A stretch of DNA of 64,000 bases from Octopus vulgaris (Eukaryota), in contig OX597837.1 of assembly GCA_951406725.2 (NCBI GenBank), forward strand, positions 20,894,001-20,958,000. The letters are read 5' to 3'. How positions within the stretch are numbered: the stretch's first letter is position 1; every line of letters begins with the position of its first letter. The translations under genes and the position numbers were made by a program. The notes under the pieces were generated by a model. The model saw only the letters and a program-made list of their open reading frames with translations, was not told where the DNA came from and searched no databases. Shown in pieces: positions 26,036 through 40,930 of the stretch.

Positions 26036-26514
26036 TCTGTCTGTTTGTCTGTCTGTATTTATGTATGTAGTACACACGCACAAACATATGCATATATTGT
26101 CTTATTTTTGCATATATCAGACGACAGTGACTAGTATAACTCTTTGATCCCGGGAAAAATGGAAACTTATACGATAACTGATTCTGATTCTATTGATAGA
26201 TTGTTAAGTCCAACAATGTGAATCAGTGAGTTTGTCATTCTTGTCAGCGTGCAGAACGATATTGGAATCCTGTAAAGCTTCTGTCTCAATAGCTGCTCTG
26301 AAACGCCGTAGAAACGTATTGTATTGGTGCAATTTATGTGTTATTGTTCTTGATAAGAAGACGTGTGTTGAAACAGGTATTTTTATACTTGGGGATGGTC
26401 ATCTTTTGTCAATTGAACACGTGATACATGGGACAGAGAGTCACTGGAGTGGTCAAAGAATGTGTGACGAAAGAACTTCGACAGACAAATAATGATGATG
26501 ATGATGATGATGAT

Positions 26515-26935
26515 GATGATAATATTTTGTTTTATTGGCCAGAAGGGCCCAAGACATGGGGGACAATATCGAAGGACGAGTTACAGCACACAAAAATCAA
26601 AATTAAAAAAATATACAAAAACCGGTTGGGTTTACATCGATCAAAGAAAGATACTACCATATTAAAGAATATGACAGAGGATGTATAATAGAAATTAGAG
26701 AAATGAATAATAAATAAATAATGAGAATCCCCAATAACAGGAAAGTTCGCTTAGAGTAATCCGGGGTAAACCCCACGCAAAAATCCCGGATTACTCTACC
26801 ATCCCTGAGACATGGGAAAGTGCTCTCTTCCAGTTTCTTTACTCTTGCTTAGAAAAAGCATACTCAGAGTCGGTCCATTCTGACTCACGAGTCCTGCCAC
26901 TCTCATCCACCTTTTGATGAAACACACTTGAAAGC
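26515..26935 (-). mobile_element. Probable 3' end of an L1/Tx1-type LINE
   Basis: Minus-strand FIKRWMRVAGLV C-terminus, then a UTR, AATAAA and an (ATC)n tail. Confidence 0.5.
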
Positions 26936-26940
26936 AGCCC

Positions 26941-27570
26941 CGGATCTTTACCTTTTGACCGACAGATCTTAAAAATAATTTTTTGTAACTAAACACTTTC
27001 AAACTTCGGACACTTGAAGAATGTGTCATATAAAACATGTTTTACTCTTAGTATTTTTGAGAAAAACTTATGTTTACGAAGTAATTTCACGACAATGTAG
27101 TCCTGTTTCGGTAATTTCAACCAATCAATGACGTGTATTCAACTGAATAAAATTACTGCCGTTGTTTGTCAACAAGAACTTCCGGCGGTGTATTTTTCGT
27201 TTGTCACTGTTATTTATAACAACCCTAACCCTAAAACCCTAACCCTAACCCTAAAACCTTAAAGCTAAAACCAGTACAAACGCTCGAACGATTTCATAAA
27301 TGACAGTGACAAACGAAAAATACATCACCGGAAGTTCTTGTTGACAAACAACGGCAGTAATTTTATTAAGCTGAATACACGTCATTGATTGGTTGAAATT
27401 ACCGAAACAGGACTGCTTTGACGTGAAATTACTTCGTAAATATAAGTTTTTCTCAAAAATGCTAAGAGTAAGACATGTTTTATATGACACATTCTACCAG
27501 TGTCCGAAGTTTGAAAGTATTTAGTTCAAAAAATATTTTTTTAAATCTGTAGGTCAAAAGGTAAAGATCC
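26941..27570. mobile_element. Fold-back MITE (~280-bp TIRs) with central telomere-like (CCCTAA)n
   Basis: CGGATCTTTACCTTTTGACC.../...GGTCAAAAGGTAAAGATCCG; centre AACCCTAACCCTAAAACCCTAACCCTAACCCTAAAACC at 27221-27258. Confidence 0.9.
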
Positions 27571-27615
27571 GCAATAGCTCCCTCTCTACCCTTATCTTTC
27601 TCATCTTCCTCTTCA

Positions 27616-27691
<76 letters not shown>

Positions 27692-28061
27692 GCTCCGGGC
27701 TAAATAACAACGTGGATGTATTCTAAGAACCTTTCTCTCTCCACAAAACATACTTAATCTAATAACATCGGTGCAAAGGAAGGAAAACTTGGCGATATAA
27801 CTATGGAAAAAGTCCTGGTGAAGCAAAGGAACTAAAAAATCGGAAAGATTTTTATTACATACAGAGTAGTTTCTTTTTTAAATGCATGATGTCTCAATGT
27901 GACATGTGCAAGACGTCGAAACCAGCGCCAGGAACCCTGGAAAAGTACGCTAATTACACAGTATGTAAATTGAATAATTACCTATAAACACAACTGTCCA
28001 TGCTAATATTTACAAGCAACATAAATAATGCCTACACGACACGCGCGTACACACACTTAAT

Positions 28062-30470
28062 CAGGGTTTCCCAGCCCACCGGTGGGCGATTTCAATTATC
28101 AGGTGGGCGATGAACGAATTTTTAGGAAATGGTGGGCGATCTAAAATTTTGGTGGGCGATAAAGGAATTTTTGTTAAGTATGTTTTCCCTAGTCTAAACT
28201 AAGGAAGTAGTATCCAGCTGTAATGATTGTAATTCATCTGTCCTTACCAGTGAAATAAACAACTCTATCAATCTGCCAATCTGCTTAATGAAACAAAATA
28301 ACTCTCTCTGGTACCTAGTTATCTCACTCCAGTGAGACAAACAGCCCTTCAGTCACCAAAATAAAACGCCTCCACAGCGGCTAAACATCAAACGATTATT
28401 TTGGCATAAATAGAGTGGCTTCAAACAATTTCGCCAGTTGACCTTTGGCAGACCCAGCTTTGGCAGACCCACACACTCCTTGTACTTTTGTATTGCCGCG
28501 TCATGTATGGAAGAAATCACTGAACGAACTATATCTCTTGCCCGCTCGTCCCTTCACTTCTGCCTTCGTCCGTTCATCCTTATCGTATGCGATAACAGCC
28601 CTTTTTAGAGCTATTCTCAGATCAGATGAGAAGTAGTGACCAGACCCATTAACCACGTCACTACACTTGCATTAGACGCACACACATCCGCGTGCATCGT
28701 AATTTCTGCGTTTGCCGATTCCGCTTCTATGAATTCTTTTTTCGAATTTTAACTTTCCTGATGCTTCCGTTAAAGAAAACTTGTCGCCAGTTCAGCGTTA
28801 ATTATTTATTATGTGGTTTTATTGCTTCTCCTCAGAACTGTCAATTACCCTTTGAGCAATGAAGCTATGAAACCTTCACACTTGAAATAACATTTTGATT
28901 CCAAACATTCTGACAAAAAGACGAACCATTGTCATATTTTCTGCAACTTAAGGCCTCTTTTGAAAAGCAGAAAACACTGAACACGGTGTTTACGGAAGCA
29001 ACTGTTACAGGAAAATGACGGTATGACTGCGCCCTACAATATTGTATTAATGGCCGCAAAGACCGGGAAGTCCCACATTATAGGAGAAACATTGCTTTGA
29101 CCTGTCATTGAAGAAGTTCTGTCGACTATAATACTCAAGAAGTCCGACACGATTATCAAGAAAATTCCACTTTGTAACAATATAATTTCTCGACGAATAG
29201 ATGAAATGGCCAACGATGTCAAACATCAACTCATTCAAATTCTCCAGTCTTCTAAATTTTCTATACAAGTGGATAAGTCAACGGTTATAGATACCAATGT
29301 TTGATGATGGCTTGTGTTCGATATTTCAATGAATACCTTCAACCTTGTGAGGAAATGCTGTTCACAGGGAATTTGCTGCTTGATTCAAAATGTACATCTA
29401 TTTTCAATATACTTAAGAGTTTCCTTTCTGAACATCATATCCCACTGACCAATATTATTGCCTGTGCGTCTGATAGGGCCCCTTCATGGTTGGAAGATAC
29501 AGAGGTTTTTCATCTTTCCTAAAGCGTGAAATTTCTCAACAGATTTTTAACAGTTCATTGTGTGATACACCGACATTGATAAAAATATCAATGGCTGGTT
29601 GAATGATGCAGTTGGTCATCAAAACTGTGAATAAACTGAAATCAAATTCCTTGTCTGATCGAATTTTCCGTCAACTCTATCTGGATAATGATGATGACTT
29701 TGTAAGGCTTCTGTACCATACCGAAGTACGATGGATGTCAAAGGGCAACTGTGTTGTTCGCTTTGTTGAACTGTTTCATGTGATCAAATCTTTCTTTGAA
29801 AATACTCCTCTGTCGGCTTCATTGATTGCTTCAAAGTGCGATTTTTTTTTTCTGAGCGATATATTCACTAAATTTAATGATTTGATTAAGTTGTTGCAAG
29901 GAGAGCAAAAAAACTCTTGTCGACTGTAAATCATTTATCACTGCCTTCATTTTGAAATTGGTCCTGTATAAAATAAACAATCTACAATCATTGACATGAT
30001 GGAGCGATTTCAAGATGTTATTAAATTGAATATTCCAAACTGGTATAGCAAACCGTTTGAAGTCTAAGCAATCGATTGCTAAGATGACGTTCGGGAGCAG
30101 CTAATTGAATTGTAAAATGATAATGAGGCCACAATGCGATATCGGTTTCATGGCAAAGAAGGCTTGTGGTATCATCAAAGTATATTGAATTCTTACCCCA
30201 ACCTTTGGAAACATTTGAAATTAATGTTGCTTGCCTTCCCAACGTCGTACTTGGTCAAATATGGTTTCAGTCACGTTGGTCCTTTACTTTCTAAAAGCAG
30301 AAGTGGACTGGATGTAGCCAAACAAGGAGACTTACAATTAAAATCGACAAATTTGCAACCAAATCTGTCTGCACTAGCTGCGTCGCACCAGCCCCATGGA
30401 TCACAGTGAAAGCTAAACATGGTGAGTTTGTTGAACATTTAATACATGTATCATTTTTCAGTTTTGGAAC
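28062..30470 (+). mobile_element. hAT (Charlie/Buster-type) transposon with a disrupted transposase
   Basis: Left end CAGGGTTTCCC. Motifs AKTGKSHIIGETL, FSIQVDKST, CASDRAPS, VHCVIHR, LLYHTEVRWMSKG, FPTSYLVKYGFS and GDLQLK..QPN..HQPHGSQ*. Confidence 0.9.
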
Positions 30471-30600
30471 TACATGGTTCCGGGTTCAGTCTCACTGCGT
30501 GGCACCTTGGACAAGTGTCTTCTACAATTGCCTCGGGCCGACCAAAGCCTTGTAAGTGGATTTGGTAGACGGAAACTGAAAGAAACCCGTCGTATATATG

Positions 30601-30678
<78 letters not shown>

Positions 30679-30875
30679 TTTGTCCCCCCAACATCGCTTG
30701 ACAACCGATGCTGGTGTGTTTACGCCCCCGTAACTTTGCGGTACGGCAAAAGAAACCGGTAGAATAAGTACTAGGCTTACAAAGAATAAGTCCTGGGATC
30801 GATTTGCTCGACTAAAAGCGGTGCTCCAGCATGGCCACAGTCAAATGACTGAAACAAATAAAAGAGTAAAAGAGA
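30471..30875 (+). mobile_element. SINE family A, 5'-truncated
   Basis: Matches 298-778 from ACATGGTTCCGGG onward. Confidence 0.9.
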
Positions 30876-30960
30876 CATTGTCAAAGTAACTCAAAGAAAA
30901 ACTTTGTACTCAATTATTTGTATTGAAAACAATTGAATGAAGTTGGTAAAGAGAGAGTTA

Positions 30961-31038
<78 letters not shown>

Positions 31039-32029
31039 GTGAGAGAGACAGAACATTGCAAGGAGAATATGAAAGTAACAGAGTGTCATGGGAAAGAAGA
31101 AAAGCATTAGATTGAACAAGGGGTGAGGGATACAAGCGAAGTTTGAGAGAGAGAGAAAGGAGACAAAGATCAAAAGGGAGAAAGATGCCGAAAAATATGA
31201 TGAGGATCAGGGTGAAAGGGAAAAGTTGTGAGGATAGAGAAATAGAAAGACTAATAGGGATCGAGGCGGTAAACAAAAAAGAGACGAAAAGAGAGAGTTT
31301 GTGTTGTAAGGAAACAGTGGAAGAAAAAAAGATACAAATGTAAACCATATTAGTTTTCTGGTTGAAGCGTGTAGTTCAAATCTTAATTAAATAATTGTTT
31401 TGAAAACCACATTTTGGTAAAAAAAGAAAAAAAGTATATTAATATTGGAATTTATAAACATTTTCTGGACAATATAGACTTTAATAATTTTCTTTCTTTA
31501 CATATTTATTACTAATTAACAAGCAGCTTTCTTTATTATAGTAAAGATACTCCACCCATCCCCCTCTCTCTCTCTTTCTCTTTCACATTGACAAGCACAC
31601 CCCTATATATTCCTCTCCCCCGTCTCATTTCACTTCTTTATCGTATCCTCTTTTCTCCCTCCCCACGTCCAGCTCCTTCTTGTACCCACACCCTCAATCA
31701 CAACCTTTACTTACAAAATGCTGGACCTATTTCCTTTTAACTATTTCAAACACGAAATGAATTTATGATTTCGTGGTTTATAAAACGTGAAGTTCAGTCG
31801 AGTGCATCATCATCACCAGCATTATCACTCCAATCACCATGTTCATCATCATCCTCATCATCATCATCAACGGCAACGACAACATGCACATCACAGCATC
31901 CGTATGCGCTCTATATTTGCAGTTGCACAAGGAGAATTGTTTTGGCTTTCTGTTTCCTTCGCAAATAAACTTGTCACTCGACATTCCGACATTTCTCCGT
32001 GTCTCATCCGCCTTATACAACCTTCTCCC

Positions 32030-32055
32030 TACGAGTGTGTGTGTGTGTATGCGCA

Positions 32056-32101
<46 letters not shown>

Positions 32102-32245
32102 CACACACACACATACACACACATACACACATACACACACACATACACACACACACGCACCACACACACACACACGTACACACACACACACACACACACA
32201 CATACACACATACACACACACATACACACACACACACACACGCAC

Positions 32246-32277
<32 letters not shown>

Positions 32278-33369
32278 TACACACACACACACACACACAT
32301 GTACAAATAAACACACGAAAACACGCATACAAACAAACAAACATTCACGTACGTGTCTCTCCCCACCACTACCACCACCACCATCCAGACATGCAGAAAA
32401 CCATACACACATATACATACACACATAAACATACAAAGCCACAAACACCTTCACACATACATACATCATCACATACACACATACACACATGCACACCCAC
32501 CCATTGCATTTCTCATATGCAACAACTTCCGTCACATACACCCACACACACACAAGCACAGACACACACAGACAGGTAACACACACACACATATAACTAA
32601 ACACACTCACACACACAAACACAGATACACACACAGGTAAACACACACACATATAAATAAACACACACACACAAACACAGACACACACACAGAGGTAAAC
32701 ACACACACACACAAACACAGATACACACACAGGTAAACACACACACATATAAGTAAACACACACGCACACACACAAACACAGATACACACACAGGTAAAC
32801 ACACACACATATAAGTAAACACACACACACAAACACAGACACACACACACACAGGTAAACACACACACATAAGTATACACACACACACATACAGGTAAAC
32901 ACACACACATTCACATGCATTCTGCACACATCCAGTCGCACGCACACACACACACGCACACACACACACACGCACGCACGCACACCAACACGCGCGCACA
33001 CGGCTAAACACACACATGCATACAATTATGTATCACAAACATGCTTACGTACACATACACACACATGTATGCTTACGTACACACACGTATACTTACAAAC
33101 AAGCTTAAGTACACATACACACACACGTATACTTACAAAGAAGCTTACGTACACATACACACACACGTATGCACACACACACATAAAGGATGTGCACATA
33201 CATGCATGACGTACACCACTCACATGCATCCTTCCAGCATCCTTCCAGCATCCTTCACAACATCCCACCCGTCACACATGCACCACGCATGTCTTGCTAC
33301 CAGTCACATTCTCCCGACACCGCATCTCCATCATTCCTCACACACACGTCCACAAAGACTCACAAACTA

Positions 33370-33416
<47 letters not shown>

Positions 33417-33433
33417 TACACACACACATACAC

Positions 33434-33493
<60 letters not shown>

Positions 33494-33740
33494 ACACATA
33501 CACACACACATACACATACACACACACATACACACACACACATACACACACACATATACACACACATACACATACACACATACATACACACACATACACA
33601 CATACACACACACACACATACACACACACACACACACACACATACACACACATACACACACACACACACACACACATACACACACACACACACACATACA
33701 CACACACATACACACACATACACACATATACACTCACACA
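32030..33740. repeat. (CA)n field with an embedded ~50-60-bp CA-derived minisatellite (32570-32910)
   Basis: Recurring ACAAACACAGATACACACACAGGTAAACACAC units. Confidence 0.85.
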
Positions 33741-34149
33741 GAAATGTGAAGTCTTTTTGGTGCATCTTTGTTAAAACCAGTTTGAACATTGTCCAATAGA
33801 AACACTTTTCATTGACCTTTTCTAGGCAGAAAATGTCACGTAAATATAGTTGATAAATCGATTTCTGGCATTGGCAGAAAGCCACGATTGTGTTTTTAGG
33901 GATGACTAGAGCTGATTTGATATTCCCTCAATACGTAACTGGTACTTAGTGGGGTTTTTTTTGTTTTTTGTTGTTTTGTTTTTTTGTTGTTATTTTGTTT
34001 CGTTTAGTTTAGTTTATCTATGACGGATCAACGTCTCGTCCTGGCGTAGTGGGATAAGAATGTTGTCATCTCGGTCACTTATGCGCCATGGTAACCGGGT
34101 AAACGGTCCCTATGGATGCTTAGGGCTCGAGACAGTAACAGCCAAGGGT

Positions 34150-34298
34150 TAATGATAACGACGACGACGACGATGATGATAATTATGATGACGATAATAA
34201 TGATGAAGAAGAGGAGGGGAAGATGAGGAAGGGATGACATTTATGATGATGACAACGACGACGACGATGATGACGATGATGACGATGACGACGACAAC

Positions 34299-34362
<64 letters not shown>

Positions 34363-34464
34363 CTGATGATAATGATGACAACGATGGTGATGGTGATAAT
34401 GATGATATTGATGATAACAACGACGACGATGATGATGATGATGATGACGACAACGATGATGATA

Positions 34465-34505
<41 letters not shown>

Positions 34506-34506
34506 A

Positions 34507-34575
<69 letters not shown>

Positions 34576-34732
34576 ATAATGATGACAACGATGGTGATGG
34601 TGATAATGATGATATTGATGATAACAACGACGACGATGATGATGATGATGATGATGACGATCACGACGACAACGATGATGATAATGATGATGATGATGAT
34701 GGACGATGATGATGGTCTTCATCATCATCATG
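34150..34732. repeat. (GAT)n tract with an internally duplicated interrupted block
   Basis: ATAATGATGACAACGATGGTGATGGTGATAATGATGATATTG occurs at ~34369 and ~34576. Confidence 0.85.
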
Positions 34733-35589
34733 AAACAGCTTATATTCTTGGGTAGTTTCGGTCTTGGAAACACGACCGAAGAAATGGCGTTAAGAAAAAA
34801 CAGAATCATTATTTTTAGGCCGATTAGATGATTCTTGTCAGGCAACAGGGAATAACTCATGCTAGTCTCCGGTCCGAAAGAGTCCTCCGGAACAAAATAA
34901 CCATCTCGTTTTTGTCAACAGTGAGAGTCCCTCCCCACCCCTCTCTACCATTAATCCTCCATAGATTGCTAAAGTAGAACATCCACCGATCCTGTTGCCT
35001 GAAAGGTAAACGACGGTGATCGCATGACGACATTCCAAGTGAAAGGCTCAGAGTCTCTTCTCTGTCTTTGCTTCAACCAGGACCGCAGCTCCAGCCAAGA
35101 GCAGCAGAAAGATGTGCCTTATGTACTCTCTCTTTCCCTCTCTCTGTCTTTCTTCCCCCTCTCTTCCCCACCCACTAAGTATGCATACACAACGCTGCCG
35201 TTGGCACTGTTGCTGTTTTCTTCTTCTTCTTCTTCTTCTCCTTCTCCTCCTTCTTCTTCTTCTCCTTCTCCTCCTTCTTCTTCTTCTTCTTCTTCTTCTT
35301 CTTCTTCTTCTTCTTCTTCTTCTTCTTCTTCTCCTTCTTCTTTTTCAATCAGGCCTCATGCCATTAGCCACAAAGAACAATCTCTAATTCGAGCCTACTC
35401 TAAGCTACTAAGAATGCGTGTGGCAACTTGAAGATCCACCCACCACACGCGATAAACTGGCGGTTGCACGGGCGCGAAAACTACGTTGTTATCCTCATTC
35501 CGTAAACTGTGGCTTTTTAACGGGTGGAGAGCTGAACCATCCTGGGGAACATAGGATTCTCAATCTAGACTAGGGTTTGAAAGTTTACC

Positions 35590-35826
35590 ACACCATAGTG
35601 GGTTACACCATGGTTCCTCTGCTTTCTGGCAGAAGTAGGAAGAAAGAGTGAGAGAAAGTTGTGGTGAAAGAGTACAGCGGGGTTCACCACCCCTCTCCGC
35701 CAGAGCCTTGTGGAGCTTAGGTGTTTTTGCTCAATAAACACTCACAATTCCCGGTCTGGGAATCGAAACCGCGTTCTTACGACCGCGAATCCGCTGCCCT
35801 ATTCACTGGGCCATTGCGCCTCCACT
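35590..35826 (-). mobile_element. tRNA-derived SINE (head shared with 58470)
   Basis: Minus-strand GTGGAGGCGCAATGGCCCAGTG..TAGGGCAGCGGA..GCGGTTTCGATTCCCAGACC. Confidence 0.8.
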
Positions 35827-35939
35827 GTTGCTGTTGTTCTCATTAGGGTAACATTCTCAGTTTTTAGTCGCCGACCATATCACTCTTTTAAAATAGCCGC
35901 TTTCAGATTTTGTTTAGCCCATTTCTTTATATACATTTA

Positions 35940-36440
35940 TGTATACATACATACATACATACATGCATGCATGCATATATGCATGCATACATACATACAT
36001 ACATACATACATACATACATACATACATACATGCATGCATGCATACATACATACATACATACATGCATGCATATATGCATACATACATACATACATACAT
36101 ACATACATGCATATATGCATACATACATACATACATACATACATACATACATACATACATGCATACATACATACATACATACATACATACATACATAAAT
36201 ACATACATACATACATACATACATACATACATACATACATACATACATACAAACATACATACATACATACATACATAAATACATACAAACATACATACAT
36301 ACATACATACAAACATACATACATACATACATACATAAATACATACATACATACATACATACATACGTACATGCATACATACATACATACATACATACAT
36401 ACATACATACATACATACATACATACATACATACATACAC
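35940..36440. repeat. (TACA)n microsatellite
   Basis: Direct inspection. Confidence 0.95.
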
Positions 36441-36479
36441 GAAGCGACAAGTCGCGTATTTGGTGCAACTTTGAACATC

Positions 36480-37055
36480 TATCAGCCTTGTTAGATAACT
36501 GGTTAATCTTCAGATGAATTGACTGAGGGAGCCTTTTTATTCCAGATCATAGAGATTTTCGACTGAAACTCGAGTTACTACAAACAGCATGGCTGGACAC
36601 AGCATCAACAACAACACAATCGAGGAACAGAACGAAAACAACAGCTCAACGGGTAAACAAATTCTTTCTAGCTGTAGTTATAGAAGAAACCGTAACTAAA
36701 AAACTCATTTCTCTTGGAGTTATGAATTGAATAATGATCTATTTAACTGCTACGAAAAAGCGAAACAAAACCCCGCTGTTGGCAAAATGAATCGATTGAA
36801 ATCATATTGGGACGATCTGCATCCAGAATTAAATTATTTTACTGAGTGGGTGATATAAGATTACCTCGTGGTTTCGCAGCTTGTGACATTCCAACAGATT
36901 CCATTGTGCCTGCCAGCTAAACTACATTACTGGCTCAAGTAACTGACCACTGTCCCCCTACTGTCCCTTATGGTAAATAGGAGGAACAACCGCTACGATT
37001 ATTGTAGTAGTAGCAGTGGTAGTCAGGATTATATGGCGGTGAAATGTGCCCTTGC
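36480..37055 (+). mobile_element. 5' region of an R4/Dong-type LINE
   Basis: WSYELNNDLFNCYEKAK..GKMNRLKSYWDDLHPE; 36860-37050 is the reverse complement of ~25520-25715. Confidence 0.65.
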
Positions 37056-39319
37056 TGTAAACCCTAAATACCACATAAGTACTGGGATCAATTTAATTGA
37101 CTTAACTCCTTTCCAGCTTTAAGTACCACTTTAGTGTTGAGATCAGTTTAATTGGCTAAATAACTAAACCCCTCCCTAGATATCTGAGACCTTGAGCCTG
37201 TTTTAGAAACAATGAAATTTATAAGAAATATTTATAAAAACACTTAGTAGAAAATGCAATTATCAATATCAAAGTAAAAAAGTTAACTGACCTTTTAATA
37301 AATTTTTCATAAGAGTTTGAGAACATTAGAGTAAATATTGTACTCAACTTTATGCCATGGAGAAAAATGTATTTTTAAATACAAAATCATAGTTTCTTGA
37401 AGGTTGTACTCGAGGGCCTCAAAAGATGAAGGCAAGGCCGCACGTTTCTCACCTATTATTAAAAAGAAAATATGCAACAAAAAATCGATGACATTTTAGG
37501 ACAGTTGCCAGTTATATTGTATTCTCAATAAGAACGTGACACAATCCAATATTTTAACAATAAACAATTATTTGAATTCTTAAGAGGATTCAAATTTTTT
37601 TTCTGTTCTCATAAATAGATTTCTTTTTATTTTAGTTATTAGTTATCACTTATTGGTAAACCATAACTTTTCAAATGTCATAAATGTATCGGTGGTCATC
37701 GTAAAAGGAGACAACATTGCATCGTCAACGCTGTAATATGTTTCCCGTTTATGTATGTGTTAGAGAATACATAGAGAATACAGTATCGAGAGGAATGTCT
37801 GGCGGCAACGTTTCTCCGCTCTAAGTTCAGACCTGCCGAGTTCATCTTTCCCTTTCGTCAACCACTGGACATTATTGTTTCGAGTCCCAGGCTTCAAAGG
37901 CCCATTTACGCAGTTTCCATGGCGTATAAGCGGCCGCGATCACAATATTTCCCCTGAACGGAACAACAGTCCGTTGCGGGTCTATTTCTATTTACAGTTG
38001 AGTGAACTGGCAAAACTGTGAATAAAGTCGAAATCTAGTGATCAGGTGGTCTCGGCGCTGGAGATGGCAGGGATTCATCTCCCCACTAATCATAAACAAG
38101 AATGCATTTTGCACAAAAAGAAAGCCAATATGAGAGTTTCTCTCCTGGCATTTCCCACAGTATAGATTGTTCTAACAGAACATCCAGGCTTAATTGGGGA
38201 TAAATATCACCTCTTGGTATTAATACAGCCTCTGTTGCTAATATATATTTGTTAAAAATTTTGCTTCGCTCAGTCCGAGAATTGAAACCACGATCATGCG
38301 ACCTGGTTACAACACTCTAACCACTAGTCTATAGGCTCGATTAAAAAAAACAACAAAAAAACACCACAATCCATGGTAGTAGATTGCCGGAACCAAAAGA
38401 ATGTGGAACTGGAGCTGAATGTTTTGCAGTATTTCTTCTGGGGTGGTCGTATTAATATTATCTTTTCGGTGTTTGTTGTTTTCTTTTTCTTTTTGCTTGA
38501 TGGATTCAAAACGGCTTCACGTTTGAGGATAGCTCCCTTTCTTTATCCCACCTGCCTCGGAAACCCAGCAAAAAATTATGGGTAATGCCTTATCGCCAAA
38601 CTAAGAGTTGTCTTCCTTAGTTTTCTTCGTCAGAATTTGTCATTAATCTGATAATTCCGACCTATAATCCAGCAGTGACAATCGCTTTTGTTATAGATGC
38701 TTAAATCTCTCCTTGTCTGCCATAATCAAGGACCTCCGTCGGTCAAATTTTCCCATACATCTACTCATATTTGCACAAACTACGCAAAGATATTTTTGCG
38801 GAAGACTATCAGTTGCCTATGCATGCAAGTCTGCCCTCTGTTTGACATCGATGTTTGTCCAAAAGAAAGGCCACCGACTTGAACAGATACAGTTTGGCGT
38901 CATTGACGTCGCAGATGTTGCTATCGGAACGCAAAAACCTAAAACATACTGGGGGTTGCCTTGCTTGATCCTCTAACAGTTTTACCAATCCACTTTCCTG
39001 GAACTGGTGCGTCTATATTGACCCGGAAAAGATAAAAAGCCAAGTTAACTTCGGAAGGATTCGAGATCAGAACGCAGAACGTTGGAACATATAACGCAAG
39101 ATATTCTATCCAGCGCTCTAATGACTTTGCTAGTTCGCCGGCTTTTTATGATGACACAGGCAGATGATCGAAGGTGTTTTTCGGCCGTGATCCTCCTGTA
39201 TTTGTTATTGTTAAGCCTCAGCTGATCCTTGACTGAGCCGAACTATGATCAACGATAACCAAGGCAAAACAAACTTCAAACCCAAACTTATGAAAAAAGC
39301 CTCATATTGGGGAAGAAGA

Positions 39320-39526
39320 CACAAGCAGAAATATTCCAGGGCCAGTAATTTCGAGGGAGGGAACAAGTTGATTGCGTTCAACTGATATTTATTTTATCGA
39401 CCCTGAAGCGATGAAAGGCAAAGTCGACCTCAGTGGAGTTTGAACTCAGAACGTAAGAACAGACGATGAAATGCCACTAAGCATTTTACCCGGTGTGCTA
39501 ACGATTCTGCCAGCTCCCTGCCTTAT
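39320..39526 (-). mobile_element. SINE family B
   Basis: Minus-strand AAGGCAGGGAGCTGGCAGAATCGTTAGCACACC head. Confidence 0.75.
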
Positions 39527-39782
39527 ATTTTATATGTATTCACCCACAGTTTCCAAAACCACAACATTATATAATCTACCAACGATATCTTCCAATTCTA
39601 CACTAATTACCAAATATAATTAAAACCATTAAAGAATTTTACAAATCATTAACAACCGAAGATAACCACAATAGCTTAAAAGACTTTTAACATTGGTAAA
39701 ATTCACATTAGAAGAAATTAAGCAGATAACAAAATCTGAAGACCTTTATTGCGGGATGTGTGATTTGATTGAACACAGCAAA

Positions 39783-39913
39783 ATCAAAAAGTTCAAGAAT
39801 AGGAAAGAATTCAAGGTTAAGGAAATCGACCTGCTCCCTGTCCTGAAATCGCTGGCCTAGTGCAAAAATTTGAATTAAACCTTGAATTCTTTCCTATTCT
39901 TGGACTTTTTGAT
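39783..39913. repeat. Short inverted duplication around a SINE-tail fragment
   Basis: ATCAAAAAGTTCAAGAATAGGAAAGAATTCAAGGTT / AACCTTGAATTCTTTCCTATTCTTGGACTTTTTGAT. Confidence 0.85.
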
Positions 39914-40281
39914 AACAGCATAAAAAAACTTTAGTTTATACCACTTGTATTTGAAAAACTGAAGACAGCGAAAGCGCTTACACAAAAACACTTCCATCGG
40001 GTCCATGTTGATACGTTTCTAAAGATTTTTTCTTTTAATAGAACTTTTCAATTAACGAAAATGTTTATGCATATGGGTAGATGTGCATAACAGATTGCAC
40101 ACTTGTTTCTGTGCGTGCATTTATAAATATTATAACCGTCGATGTTCATTCACCTTGAAAGAACGTATCCATTTCTCAAAAAATCTTTTCCGAAATTCAC
40201 ATACAAATCAAAAAGTGGTGGGTCCGAGATCTCGCTGAGGTAAAATAAGGAGGATTCAAGAAAAGTGATACTGAAAAACTA

Positions 40282-40455
40282 AGGAGTGGCTGTGTGGTAA
40301 GTAGCTTGCTAACCAACCACATGGTTCCAGGTTCAGTCCCACTGCGTGGCATCTTGTGCAAGTGTCTTCTGCTATAGCCCCGGGCCGACTAATGCCTTGT
40401 GAGTGGATTTGGTAGACGGAAACTGAAAGAAGCCTGTCGTATATATGTATGTGTG

Positions 40456-40523
<68 letters not shown>

Positions 40524-40654
40524 AAAAGTAAAAAATATATACAAACTGGGACAAGAACGTGAAACACCTAGAAGACGACACAAGAACCACAGGACGGGAC
40601 ATTCGAAGCCCTCAGTCATTAGTCAAGAACCGGATCATCTTCGCAATTTCGGCT

Positions 40655-40727
<73 letters not shown>

Positions 40728-40930
40728 TTGTGTGTCTGTGTTTGTCCCCCAACATCGCTTGACAACCGATGCTGGTGTGTTTACGTCCCCTTCACTTAGC
40801 GGTTCGGCAAAAGAGACCGATAGAATAAGTACTGGGCTTACAAAGAATAAGTCCCGGGGTCGATTTGCTCGACTAAAGGTGGTGCTCCAGCATGGCCGCA
40901 GTCAAATGACTGAAACAAGTAAAAGAGTAA
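40282..40930 (+). mobile_element. SINE family A with a ~135-bp module (40520-40656) inserted in its microsatellite
   Basis: Head and tail match family A. The insert TGGGACAAGAACG..GCAATTTCGGCTGG also occurs at 12060-12213. Confidence 0.85.

Noticed and set aside
34149-34860. Poly-His, poly-Met and poly-Ile ORFs (also 42663-43085)
   Set aside because: (GAT)n tract with no splice or coding context.
38500-38980. Host exon or RT relic in unique-looking DNA
   Set aside because: Only weak hints (IKQGNP and DAKLY on the minus strand; an AG|ATG on the plus strand) and no consistent frame.
39958-39985. Hammerhead at CTGAAGA-cAGCG-aaag-CGCT
   Set aside because: No GAAA or stem I follows the hairpin.
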